Positions 1 to 10,200 of a stretch of 64,000 bases of DNA are shown piece after piece (within the stretch, counting starts at the first letter, position 1; the number at the start of each line of letters is the position of its first letter). This DNA is from a virus: positions 31,931 through 95,930 of the IMG/VR virus record IMGVR_UViG_3300027861_000016; one strand, written 5' to 3'. The notes beneath the pieces were generated by a model. The model saw only the letters and a list, made by a program, of their open reading frames with translations. It searched no databases and was not told the origin of the DNA. The translations under genes and the position numbers were made by a program.

Positions 1-1901
1 GCTTCAATAGTAGTTCCTGTTATTTTATTATTTCCTGGAATATGGTAAGTATATGAATCAGATCCATCCTTGAATTTAGTTTTTATAGCATAAGAATATA
101 CTTCTTCTCTCTTATATCCTTTTCTATATGTTGTGAAGAACTCGTCTTTATAAGCTTGTGATTCATTATCTGCTAATATTCCAGTAATTTCATAATCTAT
201 TTCATTCTCTACTGATGCTTCTAATTGTGTAGTACTATATGATTTAGAACCATCCCAGTTTTTAATGTCAAATATTTGAAAATAGTATTCGGTATGTGTG
301 TCATAATTAAAATAAGCATAAGCTTTATTTCCTTCTACTACAATATTTGTAGGAAGTATTTCCTTATCCTCTAGAGGAGTTCCCCCATCAATACCTGTAA
401 CAGTTAATTCTAAACTACCCGCTGTTGTAGTTATTGGGAAAGTTTCATCTCCTGGTCTTATGGTTACCATTGTTACCAGACCTCCTAGAGAACTACCTCC
501 AAAATTAAAGACTGTCCCTAGTCTACTATTTTCCATAACAGTCTTTAAAGTTATGGTAGTTGCATTTATATCTACTCCTATTAATACATCATTAGAATTA
601 ACAACACTTGTCACAAAGGTGAAGATCTCACCGTCTACTGTAATAGTATCATTTTCAAGAGTAGCAATATCTAATATTGTTATAGACCCAGAAGATCCTC
701 CTACTTCATAAGCTTTAATAGAATCTAATAAAGGTTCTAGTTCTACATTATCTGTAAATGTAAATCCTACAGTATTGGGGAAGTATTCTGTTTCTTCTGC
801 TTTCCATATACCAACTAAATTAAAGTCCCCAACATTCTTATTAGAATATCTATAAGGAACTTCTTCTATCTTATATCTTAGATTAATGTTATTAGCTATA
901 TTCTGTAGCTCATCATCAAATTGATTAGTAGCTTCACTTAGATTTCCAAGTATTAGTCTATTATCTAATTGTTCTATACACTTAGCTTTATTATAACTAA
1001 TCAATACTTCTCTTACTTCCTCTAATGGAATTTCTTCATCTTCTAATCCAATACCTGTAAAGTTATAGATGCTAGTAGTAGCTGTTAATTCTTTAGGAGG
1101 CAAAGCATATGATTTTAATACATTACCATCATCAGTGTATCTATGAGCTATTAATTGATATTGTTTATAATCTTGATCAAGATTAGTTAAGTTTATCTTT
1201 ATAGATTTTGATACTACAGTAGTAGTAGTATTACCATCCTTCTCTTTTCTTTTAGCTCCTACAGCTTCATCTACAATTGGTACAGGTTGAGTTGTACCTA
1301 ACATAATAGTATTAGATAAATCCTCTTTTACATATCTTAATGAAAACTGATAAGTACCACAATATAGTTCTCCTCCTCCTTGAATAATTTCAGAAGGTAC
1401 GATGAATGGCTCATCAAGATCAGCAATCAATTTACTATTCTCTTCCAAACTATCATCTTCAGGAGGATTATCTAAATTGACAGAACCAAAAGGTACATTG
1501 TCATCTGTATAATATAATACTCTTTCCCCTGCATAAGTCTTCTTAGCTACACAATCTACTGGATGATCTGTTGTAAAGCCTAATTGAGACCCTAAATCAT
1601 CAGAAGGTGCAATTCTAGTATAAGTCTTATTATAGTCGATTATTCCCACCTGAGAATAGCCCAGATCACTTGCTAGTACTACTATTATATCATTGTTAAG
1701 AACAGTTTGTCCCATTAGTTTAAATCCAGAAGGGAATGATACTCTTTGATTAATTACACCATTCTCATTTATTAAAGAATAGGTATCTCCATCCTCAGAT
1801 ATTTGAACCCAATGTTTCAATTCCTTTGCTGTATTCTTAGGTTGAAATAAAGGATTACTATCTTTATTAATACCTTTATTAAATTGGTTTACACTTTCCA
1901 T
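1..1901 (-). CDS. Tail stabilization/muzzle protein (crAss-like), runs off window start
   Basis: Not in ORF track. ATG at 1901 reads MESVNQFNKGINKDSNPLFQPKN...YYTDDNVPFGSVNL, matching the F-x-KG-x-NKD start of crAss muzzle proteins; directly follows a ring-protein gene. Confidence 0.75.
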   Translation of the reverse strand, partial: MESVNQFNKGINKDSNPLFQPKNTAKELKHWVQISEDGDTYSLINENGVINQRVSFPSGFKLMGQTVLNNDIIVVLASDLGYSQVGIIDYNKTYTRIAPSDDLGSQLGFTTDHPVDCVAKKTYAGERVLYYTDDNVPFGSVNLDNPPEDDSLEENSKLIADLDEPFIVPSEIIQGGGELYCGTYQFSLRYVKEDLSNTIMLGTTQPVPIVDEAVGAKRKEKDGNTTTTVVSKSIKINLTNLDQDYKQYQLIAHRYTDDGNVLKSYALPPKELTATTSIYNFTGIGLEDEEIPLEEVREVLISYNKAKCIEQLDNRLILGNLSEATNQFDDELQNIANNINLRYKIEEVPYRYSNKNVGDFNLVGIWKAEETEYFPNTVGFTFTDNVELEPLLDSIKAYEVGGSSGSITILDIATLENDTITVDGEIFTFVTSVVNSNDVLIGVDINATTITLKTVMENSRLGTVFNFGGSSLGGLVTMVTIRPGDETFPITTTAGSLELTVTGIDGGTPLEDKEILPTNIVVEGNKAYAYFNYDTHTEYYFQIFDIKNWDGSKSYSTTQLEASVENEIDYEITGILADNESQAYKDEFFTTYRKGYKREEVYSYAIKTKFKDGSDSYTYHIPGNNKITGTTIE

Positions 1902-1902
1902 A

Positions 1903-2760
1903 TTATCTTCTTCCGTCTAAATCTAAATTCTGTGCTAATCCTATATCTGTATAATCAGTAAGTGAAGCAGATACATCTCTTACTTGTCTCCAAAGAATAT
2001 TCTTTAAGTTCTCTATTTGATGTACATCAGGCATGTTAGCATAAGATCTTGCTTGTCCACAATACTTTTCCCACATCTGTCTACAGTATTCCATATCCCT
2101 CATTCTCTGGTTAGGAAGCATATCAGGATTTCTCATAGATATATGATAGGCTATATTCCAAAACATAGCTTCTCTAAATCCCACATCATCTGGAACTAAT
2201 GGATAACCTTGTTCATCTGTAGGTATTCCTATATATTGTACAGTTATTTTACCTGTCTCGAAACCCATGTTAATTTTATTGGCTTGGATGTTATAGTCTA
2301 GATCAGTAATAGAATTACTCTTAACATCACCAAATAAATGTTTATTATATTTCAAAGACTGAGGTCTTTGTGAGCTAGCTCCAGCCATCATCCTAGGTTT
2401 AGCAGGATTTAGTATCAAGTTCTGATCATAAATGTTTAATGAACTAAAATCTCCTCCTGACTTCTCTACTATCTCTTGATAGGTACAATCATAGAATGTT
2501 TTATCACAACAAGAATCATCTTGTTTACATCCTACTTGTAATCTAACTAGTTTATATAGATCACAAGGTAATATTCCAGAATAGTCTGTAATATCTACAA
2601 CAGCCTCCATTTCTTTAAATTGAGCATAAGCTCCAATTTGTAATAAAGCATCAGCTACCCATTCTACAAAATCTTGGTAAGGAATATCTTGATTACCTAA
2701 TCCAAGATCTCTTACGATCTTTGATATTACTACATTAATACTTTCTAATTTATATATCAT
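1903..2760 (-). CDS. Tail ring / tail tubular protein
   Basis: 285 aa; IQYIGIPTDEQGYPLVPDD motif and position just before the muzzle gene are typical of crAss ring proteins. Confidence 0.7.
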   Translation of the reverse strand: MIYKLESINVVISKIVRDLGLGNQDIPYQDFVEWVADALLQIGAYAQFKEMEAVVDITDYSGILPCDLYKLVRLQVGCKQDDSCCDKTFYDCTYQEIVEKSGGDFSSLNIYDQNLILNPAKPRMMAGASSQRPQSLKYNKHLFGDVKSNSITDLDYNIQANKINMGFETGKITVQYIGIPTDEQGYPLVPDDVGFREAMFWNIAYHISMRNPDMLPNQRMRDMEYCRQMWEKYCGQARSYANMPDVHQIENLKNILWRQVRDVSASLTDYTDIGLAQNLDLDGRR

Positions 2761-3173
2761 CTTATGTAATTTTTATATCCATTCTTAATAAACCATTTAC
2801 GCATCATTTGGACAGCAGGTTCTCTAACATATATTCTCCAGTTTCTATGTCTTTTCCAAGTCTTATTCTTTCGTAAGTTTATTCTTGGAGCCATGTCATC
2901 TGTCTCTGGACTAGTTTGTATAACTACATCTCCAGGAACAGTTTCTTGCCAGTTAATACAACTCATCTTTCTAGCGTGCATGTGTAATACTCCTACAGGA
3001 AGTCTAACCTTCTTCATATGAACAATTACATCTTCCATAACCATTTGAATAAAGTCTTCAAATATATCCTGTCTTTCAAAAGAATGTACTCCTTTAACTC
3101 CTTCCTTTTTATAAGATTCTGTATAGAATTTATTATAGCCTTTATGATGTCTATTCCAACTATATTTTATCAT
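2757..3173 (-). CDS. IHF/HU-like DNA-binding protein (crAss tail-region type)
   Basis: Basic 138 aa; helix then KVRLPVGVL hairpin; sits between ring genes as in crAss-like phages. Confidence 0.5.
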   Translation of the reverse strand: MIKYSWNRHHKGYNKFYTESYKKEGVKGVHSFERQDIFEDFIQMVMEDVIVHMKKVRLPVGVLHMHARKMSCINWQETVPGDVVIQTSPETDDMAPRINLRKNKTWKRHRNWRIYVREPAVQMMRKWFIKNGYKNYIR

Positions 3174-3865
3174 TTAGTTGTTATATTAGATGTCTCACTT
3201 AAAGCATTATTAGTTGTATCTGTTTGATTTACAGGTACTCTCAATTCAGAATCCATAATCATTTTAAATAATGTATCTTCTAAATGAGCAGGGATTGGAT
3301 ATTCAAAGTCATAACCTGTATCTGAACATTGCTCATTATTCTGAGAACAATCACAAGTTCTAAATTCTTCTGCTATTTGAGGATCTTCAAAGATACCTTG
3401 AATGTTAATATAACTCAACATTATGTTAGGTACATTAACTAGATAGATATATCCATTTTGATAATAGTATCCCGGAGACTTAGCTGTGTACTTATTAAAC
3501 TGTTTCCAATATGCAGAATTTGCATTATACCTTTGGAAAGGAGTACCGTTAATCAACCCAACAAAAGATAAATTCAATCCTATATTAGATTCTAATGGTT
3601 TAGGTATTTTAAGTTTAGTTCTAAGAGTACAGTTCTCTATCTCACAACATTCATTCTTATCAAACTTGTCTACATCTAGTTTACCTAAGTTCTGAATATA
3701 TAGATCTTTTATTCCTTTACTCTTCTCTTGTTCTTGCTTTATTAACTTAGCTCTATAGTAATTTATAATATGTGCCAGTTGGGAATCTGATAAGTTAATA
3801 TCATCAGATTGAATACCACCACTATATAAATTCTTTATGTTATATATAATTTTTGATAATAGCAT
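3170..3865 (-). CDS. Tail ring protein
   Basis: SDD...I..YRAKLIKQ N-terminus, YYYQNGYIY and GIFEDP...YPIP motifs of crAss ring proteins. Confidence 0.7.
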   Translation of the reverse strand: MLLSKIIYNIKNLYSGGIQSDDINLSDSQLAHIINYYRAKLIKQEQEKSKGIKDLYIQNLGKLDVDKFDKNECCEIENCTLRTKLKIPKPLESNIGLNLSFVGLINGTPFQRYNANSAYWKQFNKYTAKSPGYYYQNGYIYLVNVPNIMLSYINIQGIFEDPQIAEEFRTCDCSQNNEQCSDTGYDFEYPIPAHLEDTLFKMIMDSELRVPVNQTDTTNNALSETSNITTK

Positions 3866-3903
3866 ACTTTACATTTTATAGATTATACTCATAAAAGCAA
3901 AAA

Positions 3904-3927
3904 GGGTTCTAAAATTAATTAGAACCC
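3904..3927 (-). terminator. Intrinsic terminator after auxiliary capsid gene
   Basis: 9-bp stem GGGTTCTAA/TTAGAACCC with UUAAUU loop, then a U tract on the minus strand. Confidence 0.7.
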
Positions 3928-3966
3928 CCAATGAAAAATATATTAATAAACTAAAACAGAGCCATA

Positions 3967-5283
3967 TTATACATCCAAATTCAATGCTGTAAATCCTAAT
4001 ACTCCATTGAAGTATGAATTCATAATAGCTGCAAAGCTATCGCCAGTATCTTCATCAGACTGAGCAAGACCAGTTGGAATATAAACAGTTGCTCTTTGAG
4101 GAGCAGGCATTGGTCGACCAAAATCTCCAGGAATCATATTCTCATACTCAATTGTAATTGAATCATATCCAACAGTGTCACTAACCAATGATACAGGTTT
4201 TTTATGCCAGTAATCAGTCTTAGCATGCCATCCAGCAAATGTTTGTGCTTCACGTTCAGCAGCTCTTACTTGTCTATAGTAACCATTTCCTGCGAAAGGA
4301 TTAGTAGCATAAGTAATTGTAGCAGCAGCATCTAATGCACTTTCTTTTCCCATCTGAGCAAAAGTTGCTTCAAATCTTGTAACAGAATATCTATCGTAAT
4401 CTTCTAGTAATGGTTCAATTGGTAAACCTGTAAGTTTGATACCAAAGCCAGGAGCAGTAACTATAGCAGCGGCACTTATTTGTGTTAGTAAAGTATCTAC
4501 AATTGTAGCACTAGTACCCACATAAGGTGTATCTAAAGTCATAGTGTCAGCAGCATCGTTAATACTTGCTATTTTATAAACAGCATTAGTATCTGCTGTA
4601 GCTCCAGCACCAATAACAATATAAGCTCCTACTATTAATTTAGCTCCTCCACCTGTAACATCATCAATATTACCGTTACAAACAACAACGTTTGAACCTT
4701 TTACAAAATCAAAGCTTGTAGTAGCTGTTCCTAATACAGTTTTAGCAGCATCTGATACTCTTTCAGCAATTACATAAGGATTAGCCCCTACAGAATTTGC
4801 ATAAAAATCATCTACTAATTTACCTGCAATTGTTTCTTGTGTTACACTAGTACTACCAGTAGAAGCATAAGAATCAAAGAACCAAGGTCCACGAGGACTA
4901 AGTACTTTTGCACCTTTGAACACTACTCTTAATCTGAATTCTTCATCAGCAGTTGTTGGAAGTGAAGTCCCCGATCCCGTAACACCGTCAAATCCTACAT
5001 AAGCTACTTGTTCTACTGGAGCATCGTATTTATTACCCAAGTATGTATTTACATCAACTCCTTTGATAGGCATTGATAAGATTGCTTTACCATTTTCAAA
5101 GCAAGAAACGATTTGTACTGTATCATTTTTAGTCAAAGCAGCAGCTTTAGCATCAGTATTAATTAATGCACTACCTTTGATTAAAAAAAGATCTCCTTTT
5201 TCTATTGTTTGTAATGTGGTTGCTGCGCTATTAACACCATCACCAATAAGTACCTGAGGTACTCTCTTTGTATTCTTTCCCAT
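3967..5283 (-). CDS. Auxiliary capsid / structural protein
   Basis: 438 aa, Ala/Gly/Thr-rich; GNGYYRQVRAAE...YDSITIEY C-terminal motifs; downstream of MCP. Confidence 0.6.
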   Translation of the reverse strand: MGKNTKRVPQVLIGDGVNSAATTLQTIEKGDLFLIKGSALINTDAKAAALTKNDTVQIVSCFENGKAILSMPIKGVDVNTYLGNKYDAPVEQVAYVGFDGVTGSGTSLPTTADEEFRLRVVFKGAKVLSPRGPWFFDSYASTGSTSVTQETIAGKLVDDFYANSVGANPYVIAERVSDAAKTVLGTATTSFDFVKGSNVVVCNGNIDDVTGGGAKLIVGAYIVIGAGATADTNAVYKIASINDAADTMTLDTPYVGTSATIVDTLLTQISAAAIVTAPGFGIKLTGLPIEPLLEDYDRYSVTRFEATFAQMGKESALDAAATITYATNPFAGNGYYRQVRAAEREAQTFAGWHAKTDYWHKKPVSLVSDTVGYDSITIEYENMIPGDFGRPMPAPQRATVYIPTGLAQSDEDTGDSFAAIMNSYFNGVLGFTALNLDV

Positions 5284-5305
5284 CTTCTTTTTAATTTAGG
5301 GGTTA

Positions 5306-6019
5306 TTATTCAATTGTATTTAAGTTATTCTGATAAGTATTTCCTCTTGGAGATTCTAAAACTTCTATAGCATCTTTGACAGCCATCTTCACTATTTCTT
5401 CATGAGTGTGCTCTGGTAAATCAAATTCTACTATTGGTCCCCGTGTAATGTCTACGTTTACTCTAGCAGGTTGTTTTAGAAATGTTAATTTAAAATTATC
5501 TATTGTATTAGTTTCTGCACATTTAACAAAAATATCACCACTTTCAAAGTAAAGTATTACTCTATCTTTAGTTGGTTTATTAAATGGATCTTTTAAGACC
5601 TTGTTTAAATCATCTTGTTGAATCTGTTTACACTCTTTATATTTCAATCCACAATTAATATCATTTACTAATGCTCTACTTTTTAAATAGAACCAATAGA
5701 CTTCATCAACACTAACTTGTTTTTCCTCATCACTAAATAATGTAGAAGTACTAATTCTATATGTATTATCTTCATAAGGAACTTCTGTTAGTTCTGGGAA
5801 CCTAGTTACAACTAATGTACGTAAATCATCAGTACGTTTTTGAATCTCTTCAAACCCAGCACGATAGACATTATTCTTTCCGTATCTAGTCTTTGCAAAT
5901 TCATCAGATGCGTTCTGTAAAAATATATCTATTTCTAAAGAACTAACCTCTGCATAACTTTCAGAGGCTAGTTTATCTAAATAGATCTTGAACATTCTAT
6001 GTGCTTCGGTTAATGTCAT
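5306..6019 (-). CDS. Ring/adaptor structural protein (crAss gene 73-like)
   Basis: F...LDK...EIDIFL, GFEE.QKRTDDLRTL and LPEHTHEEIVKMAV motifs. Confidence 0.7.
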   Translation of the reverse strand: MTLTEAHRMFKIYLDKLASESYAEVSSLEIDIFLQNASDEFAKTRYGKNNVYRAGFEEIQKRTDDLRTLVVTRFPELTEVPYEDNTYRISTSTLFSDEEKQVSVDEVYWFYLKSRALVNDINCGLKYKECKQIQQDDLNKVLKDPFNKPTKDRVILYFESGDIFVKCAETNTIDNFKLTFLKQPARVNVDITRGPIVEFDLPEHTHEEIVKMAVKDAIEVLESPRGNTYQNNLNTIE

Positions 6020-6837
6020 TTAACTGTTTTATACTGAGTTTCTATAGCTTGTTTAATCTTAGAATTCTTTTTATCTAATATGAATCTTGCTACTTGTTCA
6101 AGTGTTAATCCTAAAGAGTTACCTTCATATAATAGTTCTTGATCAAATGTTGGTTTAGCAGATCCTTTTTGAAGTACTCCAGCATTTACATATCTAATCA
6201 CTGTAGCTTTTGATTTATAAATCTCATCATTAAGTAGATTAATAAATACAGCAGGATTCTCTTCCATTTTATCTCCAAGTTCCTTTTTAATTGTATCTGG
6301 AACCATGTTCTGAAGAATAGTTAATGACTTACCATATAATGATAAAGCATCTTTCATATCATTCTCAGATAATGTATTGAAGATTCCATAAGCAGTACCA
6401 ATTAAATCTCTACGTTTGTTTTGTGTACTAGCTTCAATTTGTTCAGAAAGTAATATATAAATATATTTATGAGGTGCTTTTGCATATTCTATTTTAGAAT
6501 TAGCTATACCTTTATCTGCTTTTAATATCTTAATTCTTAATCTATCTAAAGGTTGATTGTCATCTAAAGACAAACCTTGATCTGGTACATCTATTTTAAA
6601 TAGATCCCACCAAGAACTATTTGCTTTTAATTGTCCTTGATTTAGTTGTAGTTCTTTTTCAAACTGTTCACGTTCTTTTACGGATTCATCTGTGTGATCA
6701 AAACTTGTATTTAATGATCCACTTTTACCCATACATAATGAATAAGTAGAATTGCAATTACCAAATGATTTCATCTGTTTGCCATTCTTTCTTATTGGCC
6801 CACCTATTACAGGAGGTATTTCTAATTTATAATTCAT
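6016..6837 (-). CDS. Conserved capsid-module protein (crAss gene 75-like)
   Basis: 273 aa immediately downstream of MCP; synteny. Confidence 0.55.
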   Translation of the reverse strand: MNYKLEIPPVIGGPIRKNGKQMKSFGNCNSTYSLCMGKSGSLNTSFDHTDESVKEREQFEKELQLNQGQLKANSSWWDLFKIDVPDQGLSLDDNQPLDRLRIKILKADKGIANSKIEYAKAPHKYIYILLSEQIEASTQNKRRDLIGTAYGIFNTLSENDMKDALSLYGKSLTILQNMVPDTIKKELGDKMEENPAVFINLLNDEIYKSKATVIRYVNAGVLQKGSAKPTFDQELLYEGNSLGLTLEQVARFILDKKNSKIKQAIETQYKTVK

Positions 6838-6872
6838 TTTCTTTTCTGTTTAGCTCTTATTAATATTCAAAG

Positions 6873-6900
6873 AAAGTAGGAGAAATTAATCTCCTACTTT
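6873..6900 (-). terminator. Hairpin/terminator after MCP
   Basis: 11-bp stem AAAGTAGGAGA/TCTCCTACTTT, UUAAUU loop on the sense strand. Confidence 0.7.
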
Positions 6901-6906
6901 TATAAT

Positions 6907-8376
6907 TTAGTCTACTCTTAAAATCAATTCTCCACAAGTTGTTGGATCTTGAATCTGAACACCAAACTCAGAAAGCCAATGTGTTTCATATCCATCATAA
7001 CCAGTTGCTCTTGATGTACCGCCTGTAGCAATACCTGATGTTGGACTTTGTGAACCTTCAACATGCCACATTAAGTTCTTACCATTCTTCATTACTACTT
7101 TTCGAATGTTAGATTTCATATCTTTAGAACCCATGTTCAAGATAGTATATCTATAAGACTCTACAGGATAACCTGTTACTGGATGTTTCTTTCTGAAACG
7201 TTGAGTATCATCATATGGAGGAAACTCTTTAACAGTTACTTTAATACCATTCTGTAATACAACAGAAGTATAGTAACCACTCAATGTGATATTATCGCCA
7301 TTGAACTTCAAGAAGGAAGCATCATTCTTAACAATGTTTCTATCATCTGATTCTTTAGAGATAGCATTATGGAAAGCTCTAATTCCTTGCTTACCTGTTA
7401 ACATGATAAACTCAGCATTTCCACCCCATTCTTTAATCTTATATGATAACATTGTAAAGTAATCATCAATTCTAGCATAAGTAAGCTCGCCAGTATAATA
7501 AGAAATGTTACTCTTAGCAATTTGTTGTCTAACTCCTGCACCTTCATATGCTGGACGACCATTGTTATCTTTATCTAGTACATGACCTTCTGGGTTCTTG
7601 TTGTATGTAGAATACATCAATACTTTATCCATCTCAGCATGCCAGTTTTGGATAGCTACTAATTCTTGATGATTAGTCCACAACTTAGTTGTTTTAGTTG
7701 GGTCATTAGGATTAGGTAATTCCATAACCATTACAGCATCACTAGCAGATCTAGTACAACCAATAGTCTTACGATAGATACCTAAAATATTCTTCATACC
7801 ATAAGGAGTATGATAAACATCAGAGTTACCTCTCATTGATCCTTCACCAACTAAAGTATAATCTTTAGACCATTGTGCATCTGTATCAAGGAATTCAACT
7901 GGACAGAATCCATCAAAACCTCCACCGTGTACAACAGCAGTATAAATTACAGCTTCACCATCTTTAACACCATCATCAGTTAATCTGATTCTAGTAATAG
8001 CATCATCAGCTACTAAAATATCATTTTCACCATACCAATCTCTATCCAAGATAATACGGAAGAAAGTACCATTGATACCAGGTTGAGACGCATCATTAAT
8101 GTAATCAGGTGATTTAACTAATACATTAGAGATCTCTTCATCTTTTGTATAGATGTCCCATTCGTACTCATTCGAATCTACTTCACGTACAGCACCCATT
8201 CCGCCTGTAAGGTATTCAAAAATATTGATACCTTGATGTCCCATCATTTGGGCCATTACTGGTTCAATTATTTGTGGCTTAGTCAAGTAAGCGTTTGCAA
8301 GCATATTGGTTTCTCCAAGTCCGTGGAAATCCGTAGACCTTTTAAACTGCAATACACTATTCATGTCTTGTTGCAT
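6907..8376 (-). CDS. Major capsid protein (HK97 fold, crAss type)
   Basis: 489 aa; EYEWD, GAGVRQQI, HPVTGYPVESYR and DPTTCGEL motifs; follows portal and scaffold. Confidence 0.9.
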   Translation of the reverse strand: MQQDMNSVLQFKRSTDFHGLGETNMLANAYLTKPQIIEPVMAQMMGHQGINIFEYLTGGMGAVREVDSNEYEWDIYTKDEEISNVLVKSPDYINDASQPGINGTFFRIILDRDWYGENDILVADDAITRIRLTDDGVKDGEAVIYTAVVHGGGFDGFCPVEFLDTDAQWSKDYTLVGEGSMRGNSDVYHTPYGMKNILGIYRKTIGCTRSASDAVMVMELPNPNDPTKTTKLWTNHQELVAIQNWHAEMDKVLMYSTYNKNPEGHVLDKDNNGRPAYEGAGVRQQIAKSNISYYTGELTYARIDDYFTMLSYKIKEWGGNAEFIMLTGKQGIRAFHNAISKESDDRNIVKNDASFLKFNGDNITLSGYYTSVVLQNGIKVTVKEFPPYDDTQRFRKKHPVTGYPVESYRYTILNMGSKDMKSNIRKVVMKNGKNLMWHVEGSQSPTSGIATGGTSRATGYDGYETHWLSEFGVQIQDPTTCGELILRVD

Positions 8377-8406
8377 AATCTATTTAATTTAGTTGTTATT
8401 TAATTT

Positions 8407-9498
8407 TTACTTTTGCATATAGTGTTCTAACGCATCGAATACAGCAGATTGCTCTTCAATGTTATTATCCATTGTTCTTGTGGTATTAGCTGATCTAGAA
8501 GCTCCTACTGTTTTGGCTCCTTCTAACTTCTTTTTAAATACCATGTTATTAGTTCTTTCAGCTTTCTTCTCTAACTTCTTGAAATCAAAGTTCTTCATTT
8601 GCATATAAGCAAATAAGTATCTTGATTCATCATTGTCATCTAGTTGTAATTTAGTCTCACCATTCTTACCAATTGGTTTAGTGATGTATTCTAATAACTT
8701 CTTAGACTCTTTCTCATCTACTTTGATTCCTTTTATGTCTCTAAGACCTAATACTTGTTTTTCAAAGTTCTCTTTTTGAATTCTATCACTCTCAGTCTTT
8801 GCTTCTATGTCAGCTAGTCTTTGAGTTTCTTTCTGAGCTATTTCATTCTCTTGAATAGTTTTCAAAGAAGCTTTAGATGCATTGGCCATCTTATCTAATG
8901 AACCTGCTGATTTAAGAGCTTCAACTTGTTCAGCTATATCTGCATTCGATAGTCCTTGTTTTTCTAAAGCATATTCAACAATCATTTGTTGATTACCTTC
9001 TTCTGACATATCTATACCATCATAATCTATAACAGATTGTTGGTCCTTAACAAAGTCATCTATTGAGAATCCTTGTTCAACATGTTCTAATAATCTAACA
9101 CCTTCTTCTGATAAGCTTTCTTTATATTCTGAAATAGCATCTACTTTGCTATTCTTTAAATTCTCTTCTATAAGTGTTACTAACCCATCTTCAGAATCTT
9201 CATACTCACCTTCCTCATTGAACTTTAATAGTCCGCTATCAACAAACTTCTTTGCTGCTTCTCCCCATTGAGTTTCTGGTCCACCTTCTTCAGGTATTGG
9301 GTCTGTAACTGGTTCAGTAGGAACTTCTAATTCCTTCTCTTCTGGTTCGGGTATTACTTCAGGTTCCTTTTGAAGTGGAATATCCTCTACCGGTTTATCT
9401 TCAATAACTTTAGTTTCCTCAACCTCTGGTTGTAAGTCACTGAATGCATCAAAGAGTCTCCCCTCATCTAACATACTTGCTTGCTCTGCTCTATCCAT
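8407..9498 (-). CDS. Capsid scaffolding-like protein (crAss gene 77-like)
   Basis: Very acidic, Pro/Glu-rich N-terminus and coiled-coil; directly upstream of MCP. Confidence 0.7.
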   Translation of the reverse strand: MDRAEQASMLDEGRLFDAFSDLQPEVEETKVIEDKPVEDIPLQKEPEVIPEPEEKELEVPTEPVTDPIPEEGGPETQWGEAAKKFVDSGLLKFNEEGEYEDSEDGLVTLIEENLKNSKVDAISEYKESLSEEGVRLLEHVEQGFSIDDFVKDQQSVIDYDGIDMSEEGNQQMIVEYALEKQGLSNADIAEQVEALKSAGSLDKMANASKASLKTIQENEIAQKETQRLADIEAKTESDRIQKENFEKQVLGLRDIKGIKVDEKESKKLLEYITKPIGKNGETKLQLDDNDESRYLFAYMQMKNFDFKKLEKKAERTNNMVFKKKLEGAKTVGASRSANTTRTMDNNIEEQSAVFDALEHYMQK

Positions 9499-9549
9499 TC
9501 TATTATGTATTACGTAAATAAATTATTTTGTTCACTTTTTTAGTTAAAA

Positions 9550-9580
9550 ATTTCACATATTTAGTGAAAATATGTGAAAT
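9550..9580. repeat. 13-bp AT-rich inverted repeat
   Basis: ATTTCACATATTT-N5-AAATATGTGAAAT. Confidence 0.7.
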
Positions 9581-9757
9581 AATGTAGGATCACCGGCTAA
9601 ACCTACTTGCATACTAAAGTTTAAGTCGGTGTGTATGCTTCCCTTTAACACCTAGGCAGTTTTGTTATATCCTATCCCGTAGATAGAAAGCGGAACTTTA
9701 GGTATTCCGATTGTAAGAACAAGTCTCTAACCATGTCCTTCACCCTTTGAGTGATGA
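9581..9757 (-). ncRNA. Candidate structured RNA in head operon
   Basis: GC-enriched intergenic stretch with six hairpins and two loop-loop complementarities (see findings). Confidence 0.55.
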
Positions 9758-10177
9758 CTAAAAATTCTCTATTCTTTCTACCAATATAGTTAAATAGTAT
9801 TTCATTGCTAAAAGTTGTTGAGTAAGTCTCTCTTGTTCCTTCTCATCTAGTTTCCCGAAGAAGGGATTATCATTTATAAAAATTCCTAAGTCTTCTACCT
9901 TAACACTCAATTCCATTGATTCTTTTATAACTCTCTCTTGATGTGGTTGAAGTTTTTCACCTAAATCCGAATGAACTTGTAATTCAATTCTCCTATAAGC
10001 TTTTTCAAATACCTCTTTTGGACTCCATGATTCGTAACCGTCTTCGTATTTTACTTTATATCCTAATGTTTCATAGTCCTCTCTTTTTATGAACTTAACA
10101 CTTCCTTGTCCTTCTCGAAAGTCTCCTTGCTTCATAAATTCTGCTTCAATTAATTTTACTCCTAAATATTGCTCCAT
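9758..10177 (-). CDS. Two-domain protein: GYxVxYxDGYxSWSPK domain plus crAss001_48/Acb4-like helical domain; putative anti-defence sponge
   Basis: GYKVKYEDGYESWSPKEVFEKAY followed by HQERVIKESMEL...QLLAMKYYLTILVERI. Confidence 0.55.
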   Translation of the reverse strand: MEQYLGVKLIEAEFMKQGDFREGQGSVKFIKREDYETLGYKVKYEDGYESWSPKEVFEKAYRRIELQVHSDLGEKLQPHQERVIKESMELSVKVEDLGIFINDNPFFGKLDEKEQERLTQQLLAMKYYLTILVERIENF

Positions 10178-10200
10178 CTTTATTTATATTTAATTATTAT

